In this document: positions 13,380-26,076 of the stretch, piece after piece
How positions within the stretch are numbered: the first letter of the stretch is position 1
Layout: each line of letters opens with the position of its first letter
Assembly (NCBI GenBank): GCA_964187785.1
Contig: OZ076409.1
Location: 4,652,001 to 4,716,000 of the forward strand
Source of the DNA: Amphiscolops sp. MND2022
Lineage: Eukaryota
Length of the DNA: 64,000 nt
Reading direction: 5' to 3'
The notes under the pieces: model-generated
What the model was told of the DNA's origin: nothing
The model's database searches: none
Seen by the model: the letters and a program-made list of their open reading frames with translations, nothing else
Program-made: the position numbers and the translations under genes

Positions 13380-14585
13380 TACGCAGTATAGTAGAGAAGG
13401 ATCCCTACTGCTGTCAGCAGACAGTTTTGCAAGGAATACAGTATAACTGGGCTACTGGTAAGGTTTTTTATTGGTTACAAAGCAGTTGTGATGGACAAAC
13501 CAGACGAGAACGTCTAAAGTCGGCGCTATGCCTAAGACTCAAAAAGGGCAAAACATTTTTTTGGAAAAAAGAAAGAAAGTTTTGATATTTTTTTTCCGAA
13601 AAATTTTGCATAATGCCGAAAAATGTAAAAGAAGGACCCTTCTGGATTTTTTAACATACATTCTGTTGCAAAATATCAAAAAAAACTCGAAAGGGGGACC
13701 CTTTGGGCACGTCCGGTTTTGTAGGTTTCCTTGAAAACGTAAAAAATGAAAGGGGGGACCCTTTGGAGCAAAGTTTGCCTTGGGCGGACTTGGCCTCAGG
13801 TGCTCTGCTCAGGATTGTAAAAAGTGGACCGATCAATGTGAGGATTGTAGTCTGAAGAAAAAAGAAGACGAGAACGTCTAAAGTCGGCGCCATATCTAAG
13901 GCTCAAAAAGCGTAAAACACTTTTTTTGGAAAAAAATCGAAATTTTTGAAAAAAAATTTTCTTTCAAAAGAAGTCGCATAGTGCCGAAAAATGTAAAAGG
14001 GGCGGCCCTTCTGGATTTATTAACAAACATTCCGTTGCAAAATGTCAAAAAGCTCAAAGGGGGGACCCTTTGGGGACATAAAAAAATTTTCGAAAAAAAG
14101 TCGCACAGTTCCGAAAAAAATCCAAAGGGGGGACCCTTTGGGCACGTCCGGTTTTGTATTTTCCTTGAAAAAGTAAAAAATGATAGGGGGGACCCTTTGG
14201 AGTACGTTTGCCTTGGGCGGACTTGGCCTCCGGTGCTCTGCGCAGAATTGTAAAAAGTGGACCGATCAGTGTGAAAAAAAAGGTCACTGCTATAGTCGGG
14301 CATTTTTCCTTAAAAGGAAAACGCGCCGACTAAAAAGGTCACTGCTATAGTCGGGCATTTTTCCTTAAAAGGAAAACGCGCCAACTAAAAAAGAAAAACG
14401 CGCCGACTAATAATCAGCCGGGTGTCTTCAGACGTCTGGCCACTCCAAAGCCCGGATTTGAACCCGTTAGACTATTGTTTCAGGTGGTATGAGAAGCACT
14501 TGGAGAAGTAGAGAAGCAACAAACATTGAACAAACTCAAGGGCGTCATGGAATGTTTCTTAGTTTTCTTGATGGAGTATTATCGG
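13380..14585 (+). pseudogene. Tc1/mariner-superfamily transposase remnant, split by a HINE array
   Basis: Joining 13497 to 14410 gives ...KVFYWLQSSCDGQIISR, followed shortly by VWPLQSPDLNPLDYCF, the WPxxSPDLNPxD signature. Confidence 0.7.
13498..14410 (-). mobile_element. Tandem/composite HINE family A array
   Basis: Two 3' ends (13498, ~13862) and reiterated 5' ends CGCGCC(G/A)ACTAA at ~14330, 14385 and 14410. Closely matches the copy at 41156-41635 in the opposite orientation. Confidence 0.75.
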
Positions 14586-14947
14586 TAGGCGTCGGCAGCC
14601 CGGGAAATTTCAAACTCGGTTTGGTTTTGGTTCAGTTCGGGCCAAAAAATCGGTTTTCAACTTCGGTTCGGTTTTTAGGTCTAAAATCTTTAATTTTAAA
14701 ATCTAGTGTTTGGTTGAAGAATTCAATTGAACTTGTGAATCAATGAAACGGTTGGTTGATATTTGATCAAAGAAAAAAATGGCGAGCAGCAGTGGTTGTT
14801 AGTGGTTCTATTTCTAAGAAATGCAAGGTTGTATGCTGCGATATACGCCGCATATTTCACAACAACTTAGTTAATACCGAGTACATGTAAACCGAATCGA
14901 AATGAATTTTCAGTTTTCGGTTCGGTTCGGTTAACCGCCGACCCCTA
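14586..14947. mobile_element. hAT-like MITE (362 bp)
   Basis: TIRs TAGGCGTCGGC / GCCGACCCCTA; 8-bp TSD ATTATCGG / ATCATCGG (one mismatch); internal TTCGGTT/AACCGAA motifs. Confidence 0.75.
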
Positions 14948-15602
14948 ATCATCGGCAGTTCGTTCAATCAATCGCAGACTGAAATTATGCCAACTTGCCG
15001 AATGACAACACCTTCAACATCTGATGAACTAGTTCAAACGTTTTTTCCATGGATTTTTTCTCCATTTACTAAGTATCAACTTTATATATTCGACAGCGAA
15101 ATTGATGTTTGCGTTCAATTCTGTCCAGAAGACGTCAAACACCCTGTTCATTTTTGAAAACTTTTCTCAAAAACTCACTAATTTGTTGCGCCGGAAATGG
15201 TATCGGTATGGCCAGTAAGAGTGTGGTAATTGAACTTGATCAGTGAGGATTTTTTTTCAGTTGGAAATATCACTGTTTCCAAAAATAAAGTATTTACCGC
15301 TCTAAATGTGTAGTCTTGACGTTATAATCGTGCGATTTGCCATGAATCGTTTTGACAAGAAGAGGGTGGACTTAGAGCATGACACGTGTTGAACTATGGA
15401 AAAGTTTCAAATGATTCACATTTTAATTCTTATCCACTAAAATGGAAGCATATCCAGATTTGATGCGTTATTCTCAAATTTCAATTGATTGTCTTCAGGG
15501 AAAGGGAGGAAAAGTACGTTTTTCCAATCGTAACTTTTTGAGTAGCTTATTTGCATAAAGCAGTGTTTCCACGTCCTCAGAAACTTTTTATTTCGAACTT
15601 TT

Positions 15603-17474
15603 ATAGTCGGCGCTTTTCTTTAGAGAAATACGGTCATGGCTTTTCGTCAGTGTTTTTTTAAGACCACCTGAACTGACCAAAATAGTTCTACAAAAGTTCT
15701 ACAAATTATTATTGCCCCAAATTGCACCATTTGGCCTAGCGAACTGAACCAAAAGGTTTTTCCTGTTTTCCCGCGTAACATACCATACCGGGCGAGACCA
15801 AAGGGTCCCCCCTTTCAGTTTTTTTTTGGTATTGTGAGACTTTTTTTCCGAAAATTTTTTTTCATAAAAGGGTCCCCAACTCACCAATACTTTGACATAT
15901 TGAAGTCCTTTTGCTATTTTTGAGCCTTAGATATGGCGCCGACTTGGGCCGTTCCCGGCTTGTTTGATATATTGTTTGTTCAACAATTGACTCTAGAAGG
16001 TGTCTGAGTTTCTCAAGATTCATATCAGCAGAACATATAACAAATAGCGCAGTGCTACAGCGTCTCTTCTCCTTTTTAGTCGGCGCATTTTAGTAGAGAA
16101 TGAGCCCGAATTTTACCGTGGGTAGTTTTTAGCCGCGTAAGGTCCTCTTTTTCAGTCGGCGCTTTTCTTAAGAAAAGAGTCAACTATAGTCATGGCTTTT
16201 CGTCAGTGTTTTTTAAGACCACCTGAAGTGACCAAAATAGTTTTACCAAAAGTTCTACAAAATTTTGAGAAGACGCCAAATTGTACCTGTTGGCCCAAGG
16301 AACTGAGCCAAAAAGGTTTCCCGCGTAACATACAATACCGGACGAGGCCAAAGGGTTTCCCCTTTAGATTTTTTCCGGCATTGTGCGACTTTTTTCAAAC
16401 TTTTTTTCCACCAAAGGGTCTCCCTTCAATTTTTTGGAGCTTTGCAACAGAATAGATGATGAAAAATCCCAAAGGGTCCTCCCTTTCAGTTTTTTTGGCA
16501 TTGTGAATTTTTGTTCATAAAAGGTTCCAAATTCACCAAAACTTTGACATTTTGTAGTCTTTTTGCTATTTTTGAGCCTTAGATATGGCGCCCACTTGGG
16601 CCGGTCCCGGCTTGTTGCTCATTTGTTCAACAACGTGAACTACGGACTACAGAGGTTCACAACACTCGAAGCTCATTAGCTCCAAAACGGAAAGAGAAAA
16701 CAAAACAGACGTCCAGAACCTCGAAAACACACTAATGATCCCCTACCTTCATTTTTTTCTACTTTTACAATTTTGAGCCTTAGATACAGCGCCAACTTTG
16801 GCCGTTCCCGGCTTGTTTATTTTTGAAAAAGAAAATCCTAATTTTAAACAATGCATTTTTCTTTCCTCTTCAACAAGGACTACCTGTTGCTACTAGATGC
16901 TCGAAAGTGGAAAAAACGACTTTTAGAACAGCAGGTATTTCCTACGTAGGTTCAGATCCCAAAGTGGCTTTTTTTCTAATTTGGAAAAGCGAATGACATC
17001 GAGTTTTTCATCGACACTGTGGGTTTTTCGGGAATTGTTTTCTACTTTAAAGAAAAATACTTTTTTTGTCGAGGTTTTTGGTAAGAGAAAAAGGTCCGAC
17101 TATTTTGCTAGTTTTTTTTCGTCAGACCACAGACCTCACTCTGCATGTACCACTTTTTGTGCACTGTGCAGTTTTACCAAAAGTACTTAGTATTTGATTT
17201 TGAACGCATCCAAAGCCTCTAAAAAACCATTCCAAAGCAGAAAGATCCCGCTTTTCAATGTTTTTCGGCACTATGAGACCTTTCCCGCCCTTCTTTAGGC
17301 TTTGTGGGACTTCTTTCGAAAATTTTGTCGCCAAAAGGTCCCCCTGAATTTTTTTGATATTTTGCAACAAACTGGATTTTCGATACGTCCAAAGGGTCCC
17401 CCTTTTACAATTTTAAAAACTTTGCGCCTTTTGAGCCTTAGATATAGCGCCAATTTTAGATGCTCCTGTCTTGT
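15603..17474 (+). mobile_element. Cluster of HINE family A copies, one nested
   Basis: Copies at 15603-15964, 16074-16817 (containing inner copy 16148-16616) and ~17062-17474. Each ends in a sub-TIR, a small hairpin and TTGTT. Confidence 0.75.
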
Positions 17475-17831
17475 TTGCTTTTTGACTTAGGACTCACGCT
17501 CAAATAGACACTTTTTGGTTCAGTTTGTTCAATTAAAGCTAGTTTTTTCTCGTGGAACCAAAGAGTTCACCCTGTATGTACCACTTTTGCGCACTGTTCA
17601 CTTTTGTCATATGTACTTAGTACTTTGTTTTTAACGCATCCAAAGCCTATATCTTGAAATACAAAACCATTGCAAAGCAGAGGAGTCCTCCCTTACTCTT
17701 TGTTTGGCACTATGAGACTTTCCTCGCCCCCTTTTTGGCTTTATGAGACTTTTTTCGGGAAATTTTTTCTTCTTTCTTCATTTTTTTGACATTTTGCAAT
17801 AGAATGGATGTTGAAGAAGTCGAAAAGGTAC

Positions 17832-18100
17832 TGTGCTGCTTTTAATGGTTGGTTCTTTCTGATGGTGGTATTATTCACAACTACTAAAAGCGGCTAAGAG
17901 ACAGGCTAGCTAGCTAACTTTATTACAACTAGTTCGAGGTGTTAGAAGTAGAACAAAAAGGAAGTCAACCGAATACTGATTATTAGTTTTCTCTCTCTGA
18001 GGGAGTAGAGACTTACAGTCATTCAATAATAAATAAATGTACATTCTAGAATATTCTATAAACATCTAAATACTTTTGGTTATTAATGTAGGTCAGTACA
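17832..18100 (-). repeat. 3' LTR (269 bp)
   Basis: TG...CA ends; about 5 substitutions and a 2-bp indel versus the 5' LTR; AATAAA on the minus strand at 17919-17924. Confidence 0.97.
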
Positions 18101-18115
18101 TCCATCCCGGTTTTT
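18101..18115 (-). promoter_or_regulatory. Polypurine tract
   Basis: AAAAACCGGGATGGA on the minus strand, abutting the 3' LTR. Confidence 0.75.
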
Positions 18116-19121
18116 AAATAAAATAAAATTTTAAAGTAGCATCATTAATTAAAATGAAGAAAAAAAATTTTGTTTAAATGTTCTTAGCGTTCAGCTAGTT
18201 AACATTTTTCATTTGATGGATGATTGGCATAAGTCTCTGTAAGAGTGGTGTAAGTTCGACTCATTGGTGTACCTCGAATTGTCAAAATTTTGATTGACAC
18301 CTAGTAGGTGCGACTACAGTTCAAAAAGCGTCAAAGTGGTCTTTTTCACTATGCTTTCGTCGGCTTGTTTTTTGAACTGTTAGATGCTCAATTTTATGCC
18401 TCTGTTGAAGTCTTTGAATGAACTTCGCATTGAACAAACGTGAGCAAACATCATACGAGTTAAAGGTCAAAGAGTCATTGAAAAATTTTTGTTGATAGGA
18501 TTTTTTCATCGAGTGTGAAAACTGTCTGAAAAGATATCAGGTTGTGATCAACTTTGGCGGGTTTGTTATTGAACAAATGTTGAAAACTTTGGGAATTTGA
18601 GTCTGTCATTATTCGAATCTGATTCGAACAATGTGCTTGATCTATTTTTTGAGCTTGTTTTGTTGAACTGTTGAAAAGATTTGTTGTTAACATATGTGAA
18701 TTTTGGATAGGATAGCACCGAAAAATAATAATTTTTAATTATTCTTTAAAAATAAAGCAAATAAATATCGGTAAGAGTGTGAATTAAATGATTTTGAGAG
18801 CAATTAAATATGGGTGGGGATGAAATTTGAAATAAATACATTGCGAATGTTTTCGGTATGAGTTTGAATCTTTTTAAATATTATCATGCACAATGTTTTT
18901 TCTTTGAGTTTCCTTTATTATTGATTATCAATCATCTTCTTCGGTTGAGAACTGGATGGCTGAATATTGAAGATTGGAAGATGGATGAAGATGGGTCAGC
19001 TGTTGGGCGGCGGTGAAGTTGTGAAGAACGGGTGCTGAGTTGTGACGAGCAATCGTTGTGGTTGTTTGGATTTGAAGATATGTTGTCATCTGATGAGTGC
19101 TGTTGATGTCATCTGTTGATA

Positions 19122-19715
19122 TCAGAAAGAGACGTAAGTGTACGTTTTGTATGGGTAATTATCATCTAGAAGTGTTTCTGGAGGGTCTTTTTGAAGTTCT
19201 TCATCAGTATCGTCGTTATTGTCTGAAGGCCAATAGGAATTTAGGTTTTGTTTTTGCATTTCAGAATGCATTCTGTTAGATAGATTTCGTGATAAATGTT
19301 TGGGTTTGATTGTAGTATGCTCTGTTTGGGTAGTGGCGTCTCGTTGGGTTGAATATGTATCAGGATGTTTATGAATTTGAAGATATTGATCAAAGTTTAT
19401 TCGTGTGATTTGGAAGATTTGAAACATATTGAGCAATATCATTCTTGTAAGATGAGTATCTGCCTTTTTATCTGTTTTGAGCTGTGCATTTAATGTTGTT
19501 AAAGGCTTTTTCAGAATCAGGGATCGCAATCGAGCTGAAGGAATTGAAAGAAGAGGAGCTATTGGGCAGTCGGTGTCACCAGAATGGAGTGTCGTCATAT
19601 TGAAGAATATGAAGAAATTTGCTGAAAATTGTAGAAGATTTCGTTGGAATTCTTTTTGGATGGACGGCTTGAGAAGAGGAAGAAATGCTGATGAAGCAGT
19701 TGTGACGGTATTCAC
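19122..19715 (-). CDS. Element-borne ORF of unknown function, probably a spliced exon
   Basis: 197 open codons with no ATG at the start; preceded exactly by CTAATCTATTTTAG|G (branch point + acceptor-like). Confidence 0.45.
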   Translation of the reverse strand: MNTVTTASSAFLPLLKPSIQKEFQRNLLQFSANFFIFFNMTTLHSGDTDCPIAPLLSIPSARLRSLILKKPLTTLNAQLKTDKKADTHLTRMILLNMFQIFQITRINFDQYLQIHKHPDTYSTQRDATTQTEHTTIKPKHLSRNLSNRMHSEMQKQNLNSYWPSDNNDDTDEELQKDPPETLLDDNYPYKTYTYVSF

Positions 19716-20124
19716 CTAAAATAGATTAGTTTGTTTACAATAAAGTTCCTTTTAAAATAGAATTTCATAGTTGACATTTTTTTGATGTAATTTGTGATGT
19801 TATATTTTTTTTTAATTTTAGGAATTAAGTTGATGTATTTTGGAAGTCTTTTGAAGGGTATTTAAATATCTTTCATATAAGTACTTATTTGTTGAAATCG
19901 GTCCATTGAAAGGAGGAGCAATTGAGGAATTTTGTTAAAAATTTTTATGTCGTGATTGAAAATTTTTTATATTGTTTTATTTTAAAAGAGTATTTTAATA
20001 TCAAGCATGTAATATAATCATGCATAGCAGGCATATGCGTGTAGACTCAATTCATTTTGACAGGTTGTTAAGAGATTAAGTGATAAGTGTTAACAATTTA
20101 AAGTTATTATCCCATGATTACCAG

Positions 20125-21392
20125 TTAAGATCGTTGCATTTTTTCAATTGTATAGTTGAATTCGTCCAAAGATGTGCGAATACACAAAGCTGATTGGCTA
20201 ATTCTTGTCGTATCAAATACGTCATTTTGTATTATGCTTCGAGCTTGTTCAAGAGTATTTACGATTTCGGCGATTGTTATAAGAATGTCTCGGTTCGGAT
20301 GATGATAAGGTTTTATGATGTTCAAAATTTCTGTAAATTTCTGTAATTCGTCCGTTGGGCGAAAACTTTGTGGTTGAGGAATGTCATTTTTGGTTTTCTT
20401 TGGCGATTCTTGTTTTGTCTTCTTGTGTTCTTTATGATTTCCATTTGTAAGAAGTGAAAGCAGATGAGAAATAACGAAATTTAATTCATTATTTGAATAT
20501 CCCTTTTTGGTCATTGCGTAAAAATAGGATTTTTCACATCTCCCAGAGGTTGAGAGGCTATATGTTGAATTGGAGGAAGAGGATCAGATATATTTTGTGG
20601 TATATCTTCTTGTAGTAGCGAATCGTCGTTCAGAATGAGGTATTCTTGTGGTACAATGAATGTACACAGAAAACTTTGTTTAAGCGGATCATAATTTCTA
20701 AGTTTTCCTTTTGTTTTGGTATGATCTATCAAATATTCTGAGTTGAAAGTGAATGGCGACGTATATTTGGAGTTGAAGAATATATAATTATCGGGCTCTT
20801 TGTATTGAAGAAACTTCTGATAAGTCATGTGATGAGCTTTTTTGATTTAGTTTGGCAAAAAATTTGCATCATTTTCTTCGGTTCGAAGATCATCTGGAGT
20901 AGGTCTGAGGAAGTTGTATTGGAGTGAGAAAATTTTCACTTTATTTTTTAACCACCAATCATATGGGGTGATCAGTTTTGAAGCGATTGAAGTATGATAA
21001 TCATTTTTAAATTCTCTGATGATGATTTTGTGTTTTGTTGGAATCATGTATAACGAGGTTAACTGAGATTGAAAGGTAAATTGTTTTGATGAGAGAATAG
21101 GAACTAATTCACAATCTCTATCTTCATCTTGTTTAACTGGTTTTATGAAAGGAGGGCAAGCGCCAGATTCCATAAAAGGTTTGTCTGCAGTTATATCTGG
21201 ATACTTTCTTTTTTGAGATCTTGCGTTAACATGATCTACTTGTTCAATAGGAATAGTTTCCATGGGATCTTGAGAGTTTGAAGATGAGTTATTATCCTCG
21301 TTAACATTTTGTTGAATAGTTATATTCAAAGGGGATGCAAGCAATTCAGAGGGGTTAGAGTTAACTACATCAATTTCGGGCAAGGATTCCAT
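20125..21392 (-). pseudogene. Element-borne accessory ORF downstream of env (~420 aa if repaired)
   Basis: ORFs 21392-20847 and 20828-20511 are in the same frame, separated by one TAA. ORF 20514-20125 follows via an ATGA overlap. No recognisable domain. Confidence 0.55.
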
Positions 21393-21833
21393 TATTTAGA
21401 CTTGCGTGGTTTTGTTGAGCTAAATTAATGATTTATACGTTTGATTATACTATTTTTAATAATAAGGAAAACTTTTGTTATGTCTTTTCTGTCCATTAAA
21501 TTGTTTGTTAAAACTGAAGTTTAAATTGTACTTACAATATGAGAATAACTGAGTCAATTGTGGGTTGAAAACATCAACAATCACAGTGGCATCTATTCCA
21601 GGAATAGAAACTTCTGTAATTTCGGTCTTTTAGATGGACTGAAGATCCAGTTGAAGTCTTCTGGTTGAGAGTTGAGTTGTGATGGGCAAGTGAATTTTCA
21701 GTTGAGTTGAAAAGGAGAGACTGGTCCAAGTGAGAATTTGAGTTTGAATGAAAGTTAAACTGAGGAAAAATTTGTTGATAATTTTTTGAACTTTTTCTGA
21801 GGTTAATTTGTTTATTTGGTTATTGCTTTTTAG

Positions 21834-24416
21834 CTAAGAGGGATTAAATTTTATAAAGACTTTAGCAGGACTTTCCGGTACAGCTATTACATTTGATAAT
21901 ATTGGGTCATAGTCCTGAGAGTTAATATCGTTGACATTTGTTGGGTGTGTTTTTTGCGGTGATTGAAATGTTGAATTCTTACTGGAATATTTAGGAAGTA
22001 AATAAAGGGAGTCATTATCAGAGTATCTTCGTTTATTGTGTATTTCTTTTTCCGGCAATAGGATATTATCATTTTCACTTGTTGTGATTTTGGGTTTAGT
22101 ATATATCCGTTTTCGTTTTCCTGTATTGTTCAAATCGGTTATCATTTCCGATGTAACTATAATAAAAAATCCATGGGCTATTGAACTCAAAATGGAAATG
22201 TTGCTTTGGAGATTATATTTTATGCTAATTGTTCTGTAGAATTTGAGTAAAAATGTTAAAACTTCTCTAATGAAAAGAAATGTTGAAAAATAAATTCCAC
22301 ATTGTGTTAAAACATAACATGGATATCCAAAGAAAATAATGAATGCTTGACTGAACCAGTCAGGGTTGAAAAGTGGTAAGAGGTTTAACAAGTGGTCATG
22401 TACTCCAATCCTTAAATGATTATAAGGAATATGTCCTGGGTAAGAATGTTTATCATTATGTACTGTGATGAAATCATAGCTCAATGATTTTCCAAGTAAT
22501 TGAAGAGTTGTGTCTGAATGTTTAGCGAATAATACTCTGTTCCAGAATTGATCTAATTCTGTATTGAGTATATACCGGCATCTTGGGCGGTAAATGTATT
22601 AGGAGTGATTGTTGTTTTAATTTGGGTAGGTTTAAACATTTGTGGTGCTTCTCGTTTGAGTGGTTCAGGTGTTAACACATAAAAATCTCCGTCGTTATAA
22701 TCTGGGTCTAATTCGATTATATTTTGTGGGTTATTTCCACATTCAATTGGTGTTGCATAGTTAAAAGATTGTCTTGTTATAGGATCAACATACAATATAG
22801 TTTCTCTGTAGTGTATGGGAATTCTATCAAAGCATTTGTCTGCCTTGTATAGTGGTGATATAAAATGAGGGCAATCATACAGCCATGCTGTAGATCCTTC
22901 AACGTAGAGAAAGTTACTACGATTTCCAGTTAAAAGAAAACCGGCTAATTGAGGATTCTTAACTGACATAGCTAAGATTGTTAACAATTGAGTTCTTTTC
23001 AGTTCACATATTGTATGAAGGATGTGTTTAGTTCTTGTACTGTCATGGATTTAAATACATGGTTTATTGTGAAATCAATTTTTGTATCACTGTGGGCATC
23101 ATAGTCTAAAGTGGCGAAAGTGTTAGATATATTCAACGCAGGGAATATAAACCTTTTATTTGAGTCATCATATTTTATGTTTCCACTAATTGTTTGATCA
23201 ATTATTGAGTGTGGTTTTGGTAGTCCTGTGTTCATATCAAAACCATCTAAGTATGTAACAAAGATGTCTTCATATTGTGTTGAGAATAATGGTTCAGGTT
23301 TTCCACGAAAGGTTTGTGCAATTGGGTATATTTCAAATCGAGAACGGCTTGGATTGCTTACTTTTGATTGTGGTGTTTTCACATTAGGATATCTTGTTCC
23401 TTGTATTCCTTCGGTTTGAAGTTTTTGTGTGATGTTTGAAGTTTCAATGAAGGTATCAGTTTCTATCCAATGTCTATCTTTGATTCGTGTCATTCTACCA
23501 ATGAACTCTTGAAGTTGAAATATGAGGCCAAATTTTTCATCAAACCATGTTAATGTATATGGAGTTTTTGTCGTGGGTTTACAAAATGCGTCTGAATGAT
23601 AGCATGGTAAAATGTGTCCGTCATGTATTAATTGATTGTTTTTATCATCATAATCTATTGCGGTGTTAACAATTCTAAGTTTCCAACTTTGTCGGGTAAT
23701 TAAATGTTCTCTGTCGGCTCGACATCGGGAGTATGTATTTTGTGTAACATTAACAATCCAGTCGGGATAATTTTCATCGAATACGAAGGTTCCAATATGC
23801 CATGTGTTTAATTTATTTACTCTAAATGGTGTTTGAATTTGTTTAATTGTGTTTTGATAGTTACTATTGTTGAACAATGAGAAAGAGCTTTGTATATTGT
23901 AATTGTTTAGTTCTTCGCTATCAGTCGCGTTTAAATATCTTATCACGTTTTTGCATTCAATAGGGTCTATTTTTTTGGAAGTTCTAATGTGTTTTGTCCC
24001 CATTGTAAACGATCATATCGTCTACTAGATGTGAATGTTTGTGAACACCAGACCTTTTCAGTCTTTTTATATGCTTCGCATTTAAAGGCTTTTATTGTTT
24101 TGGCTTTTGCTCTAACATAAACTGTTGCTTGGGTTTTTGTGTGTTGTATATCTGAGGGTGCTTGTTTACATGGTTCAACATTTAATAAACTGAATTGTCT
24201 TCAGTTGTTTTTTTTTGCACAATCATAATGGGATACCATTAAGTTGAAAATGTTGGGGTCTTGGTCTGAAATATGATTTTCGGAATTGGTTGCATCAACT
24301 TTAGGAACAGTTGAAAGGTGAACTAAAGAGTGAACTATGTCTATGTGTATAATATATATGTATTTAACAACATGTATTATCTATACTAGGTATAGGTTAA
24401 AGGTTGTTTGATTCAT
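21834..24416 (-). pseudogene. env: Envelope glycoprotein, class III fusion-protein-like (chuvirus G / herpes gB type), disrupted
   Basis: Manual reading from ATG 24416 gives HYDCAKKNN*RQFSLLNVEPC...KAFKCEAY...WC, then DYDAHSDTKIDFTINH...LHTICELKRTQLLTILAMSVKNPQLAGFLLTG...EGSTAWLYDC...CFDRIPIHY...YVDPITR...ATPIEC. A C-terminal hydrophobic segment (FIIFFGYPCYVLTQCGIYFSTFLFI) and cytoplasmic tail follow. Two stops and ~3 frameshifts. Confidence 0.8.
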
Positions 24417-24430
24417 GGTTAAAATATTGG

Positions 24431-25896
24431 TTAAAATATTGTTCTATAATTAGGTCCGGAAGAGGGATTAAAGAAGTTTATATGTCCTGTTCTAATCTCA
24501 GGTAATTCTGCGTCACAAAGGTAAGAAATGGATGTGACTATGAATGGTGATGGGGTTGTTTTGTGTGCTACTCTTGTTGAAAGAGAGAATGGATGAGGTC
24601 CTAACGAGTTGAATGTGACTTCTACTTCAAATTTTAATGTGGGTTGTTGTTCTTGTAGTCTTCGTAAGTCTCTTTGTTTTCTTTGGGTTGAGAGTGAGCT
24701 ATTGTTTATAAATCTTGCAGGTAATACTGTGTATCTGGGATCTTCGTTGAGCGTACGAACAATTTTTGAATTAACACGGATGGGATATTCGTGAGGGTTT
24801 GGTGTTGGAGGTCTTGAGAAATCTTCTAAAAATTATTCAGGTAATTGTAAAGAAGAGTTTGATGCTATTGAACTAGGTGAATAAACTCGTGAGAAATTAG
24901 CTGCGCTATCTGATATAGTTATTGGGTCTTCAGAAAGAAGACAAGCTGTTTCAAATCCTGATGTGATTTGAAATGGTAGTGATAAAGAAGATGGTATAGT
25001 GGGTTGAGATGAGGAAAGAGAAGAAGGGTCTTATCTGGGTTGGGCGTGCTGTCTAAGTAGTCTTGAGTTTGTACTTGAACTAGTTAAAGATTGTAATTCC
25101 TGAGAATTTCTTTGTTGTTGAGATCGAAGGTTATAATTATGTCTTGGTACTCTAGTACTAGCAGTTGAGTCAGAATCTTTATCTTTATGATATAAACCTG
25201 TCAAAGAAGAGGTAGTGGTTGAATTTACACGTTCTAATTCAAGTTTGGGATATATTTGAGAAAATGTGAATGAACTTAGTTCAGATGGTGAAGGAATTGG
25301 GTGTTGTTGTGATTTCTTCACTGGTGCCTTCAATGAAGGTTCTGGTAAGAATGTTATTGGAGTATGACTTGATGATGGTAAGTTAATGTCTTGTGGTAAT
25401 GTAGGCAAAGGAGTTTTTCTTTTTGTTTTCGTTGCGGTTGGTACTTTATGTGGACAAGAATTTATGTATTGTAGAACTGAGCTGGGATCAGGGATATGAA
25501 AGGAATGAGTGGGAGTAATTGGTGGAAGAGGAGGTTTATTTAAAATATTTGAAGTATCTGGTGTATTTGGTGTTGTAAGTGTTTCATCATTAGAGTCAGA
25601 AACTGGTGAACGTGTTTCTGCAAATGTCAGATTTTGTGAAATAGGTTGTGATTGAGTTGATATTACTAGTGTTTGAGTTTGGGTTATAGGTGTATTGGTG
25701 GGTGTTATTGGTACTCTATCAGGAGTATATGGAGCGGATGGACTGGGGTTTGAGGATGAGGTATCCAGTATGTCTGTATCTGAGTTTAAATATGCCGGAT
25801 ATTCAGGTAATCTTCGGAGTGAATGTGTTGAACTAAAAGATGAATTATTTGTGGCTGATGATGGTGAGTGAATATGTCTATCAATTTTGAAATCTT
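24431..25896 (-). pseudogene. Extra ORF between pol and env: Ser/Thr/Pro-rich with a C-terminal ordered-looking region
   Basis: One frame runs ~490 codons with two internal stops (25031 and ~24836), includes the track ORF 25031-25408, and ends 14 nt before the env ATG. No ATG seen. Confidence 0.6.
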
Positions 25897-26076
25897 ATGT
25901 GTTATGGTAGTTTGTTTCAAATTGTAAGTTAGGTATTTTTATATCAATTAGGGTTTCTTTCTTTTATTATCACTTGTGAAATATTTTTTCATTCAATTTC
26001 ACATTAAGCTTCAAACTTTCTTTCTTTCTTTCAAATTTTCTTTCTGTCTTTCAGCAGGATTTTTGAGAAAGTGAAA

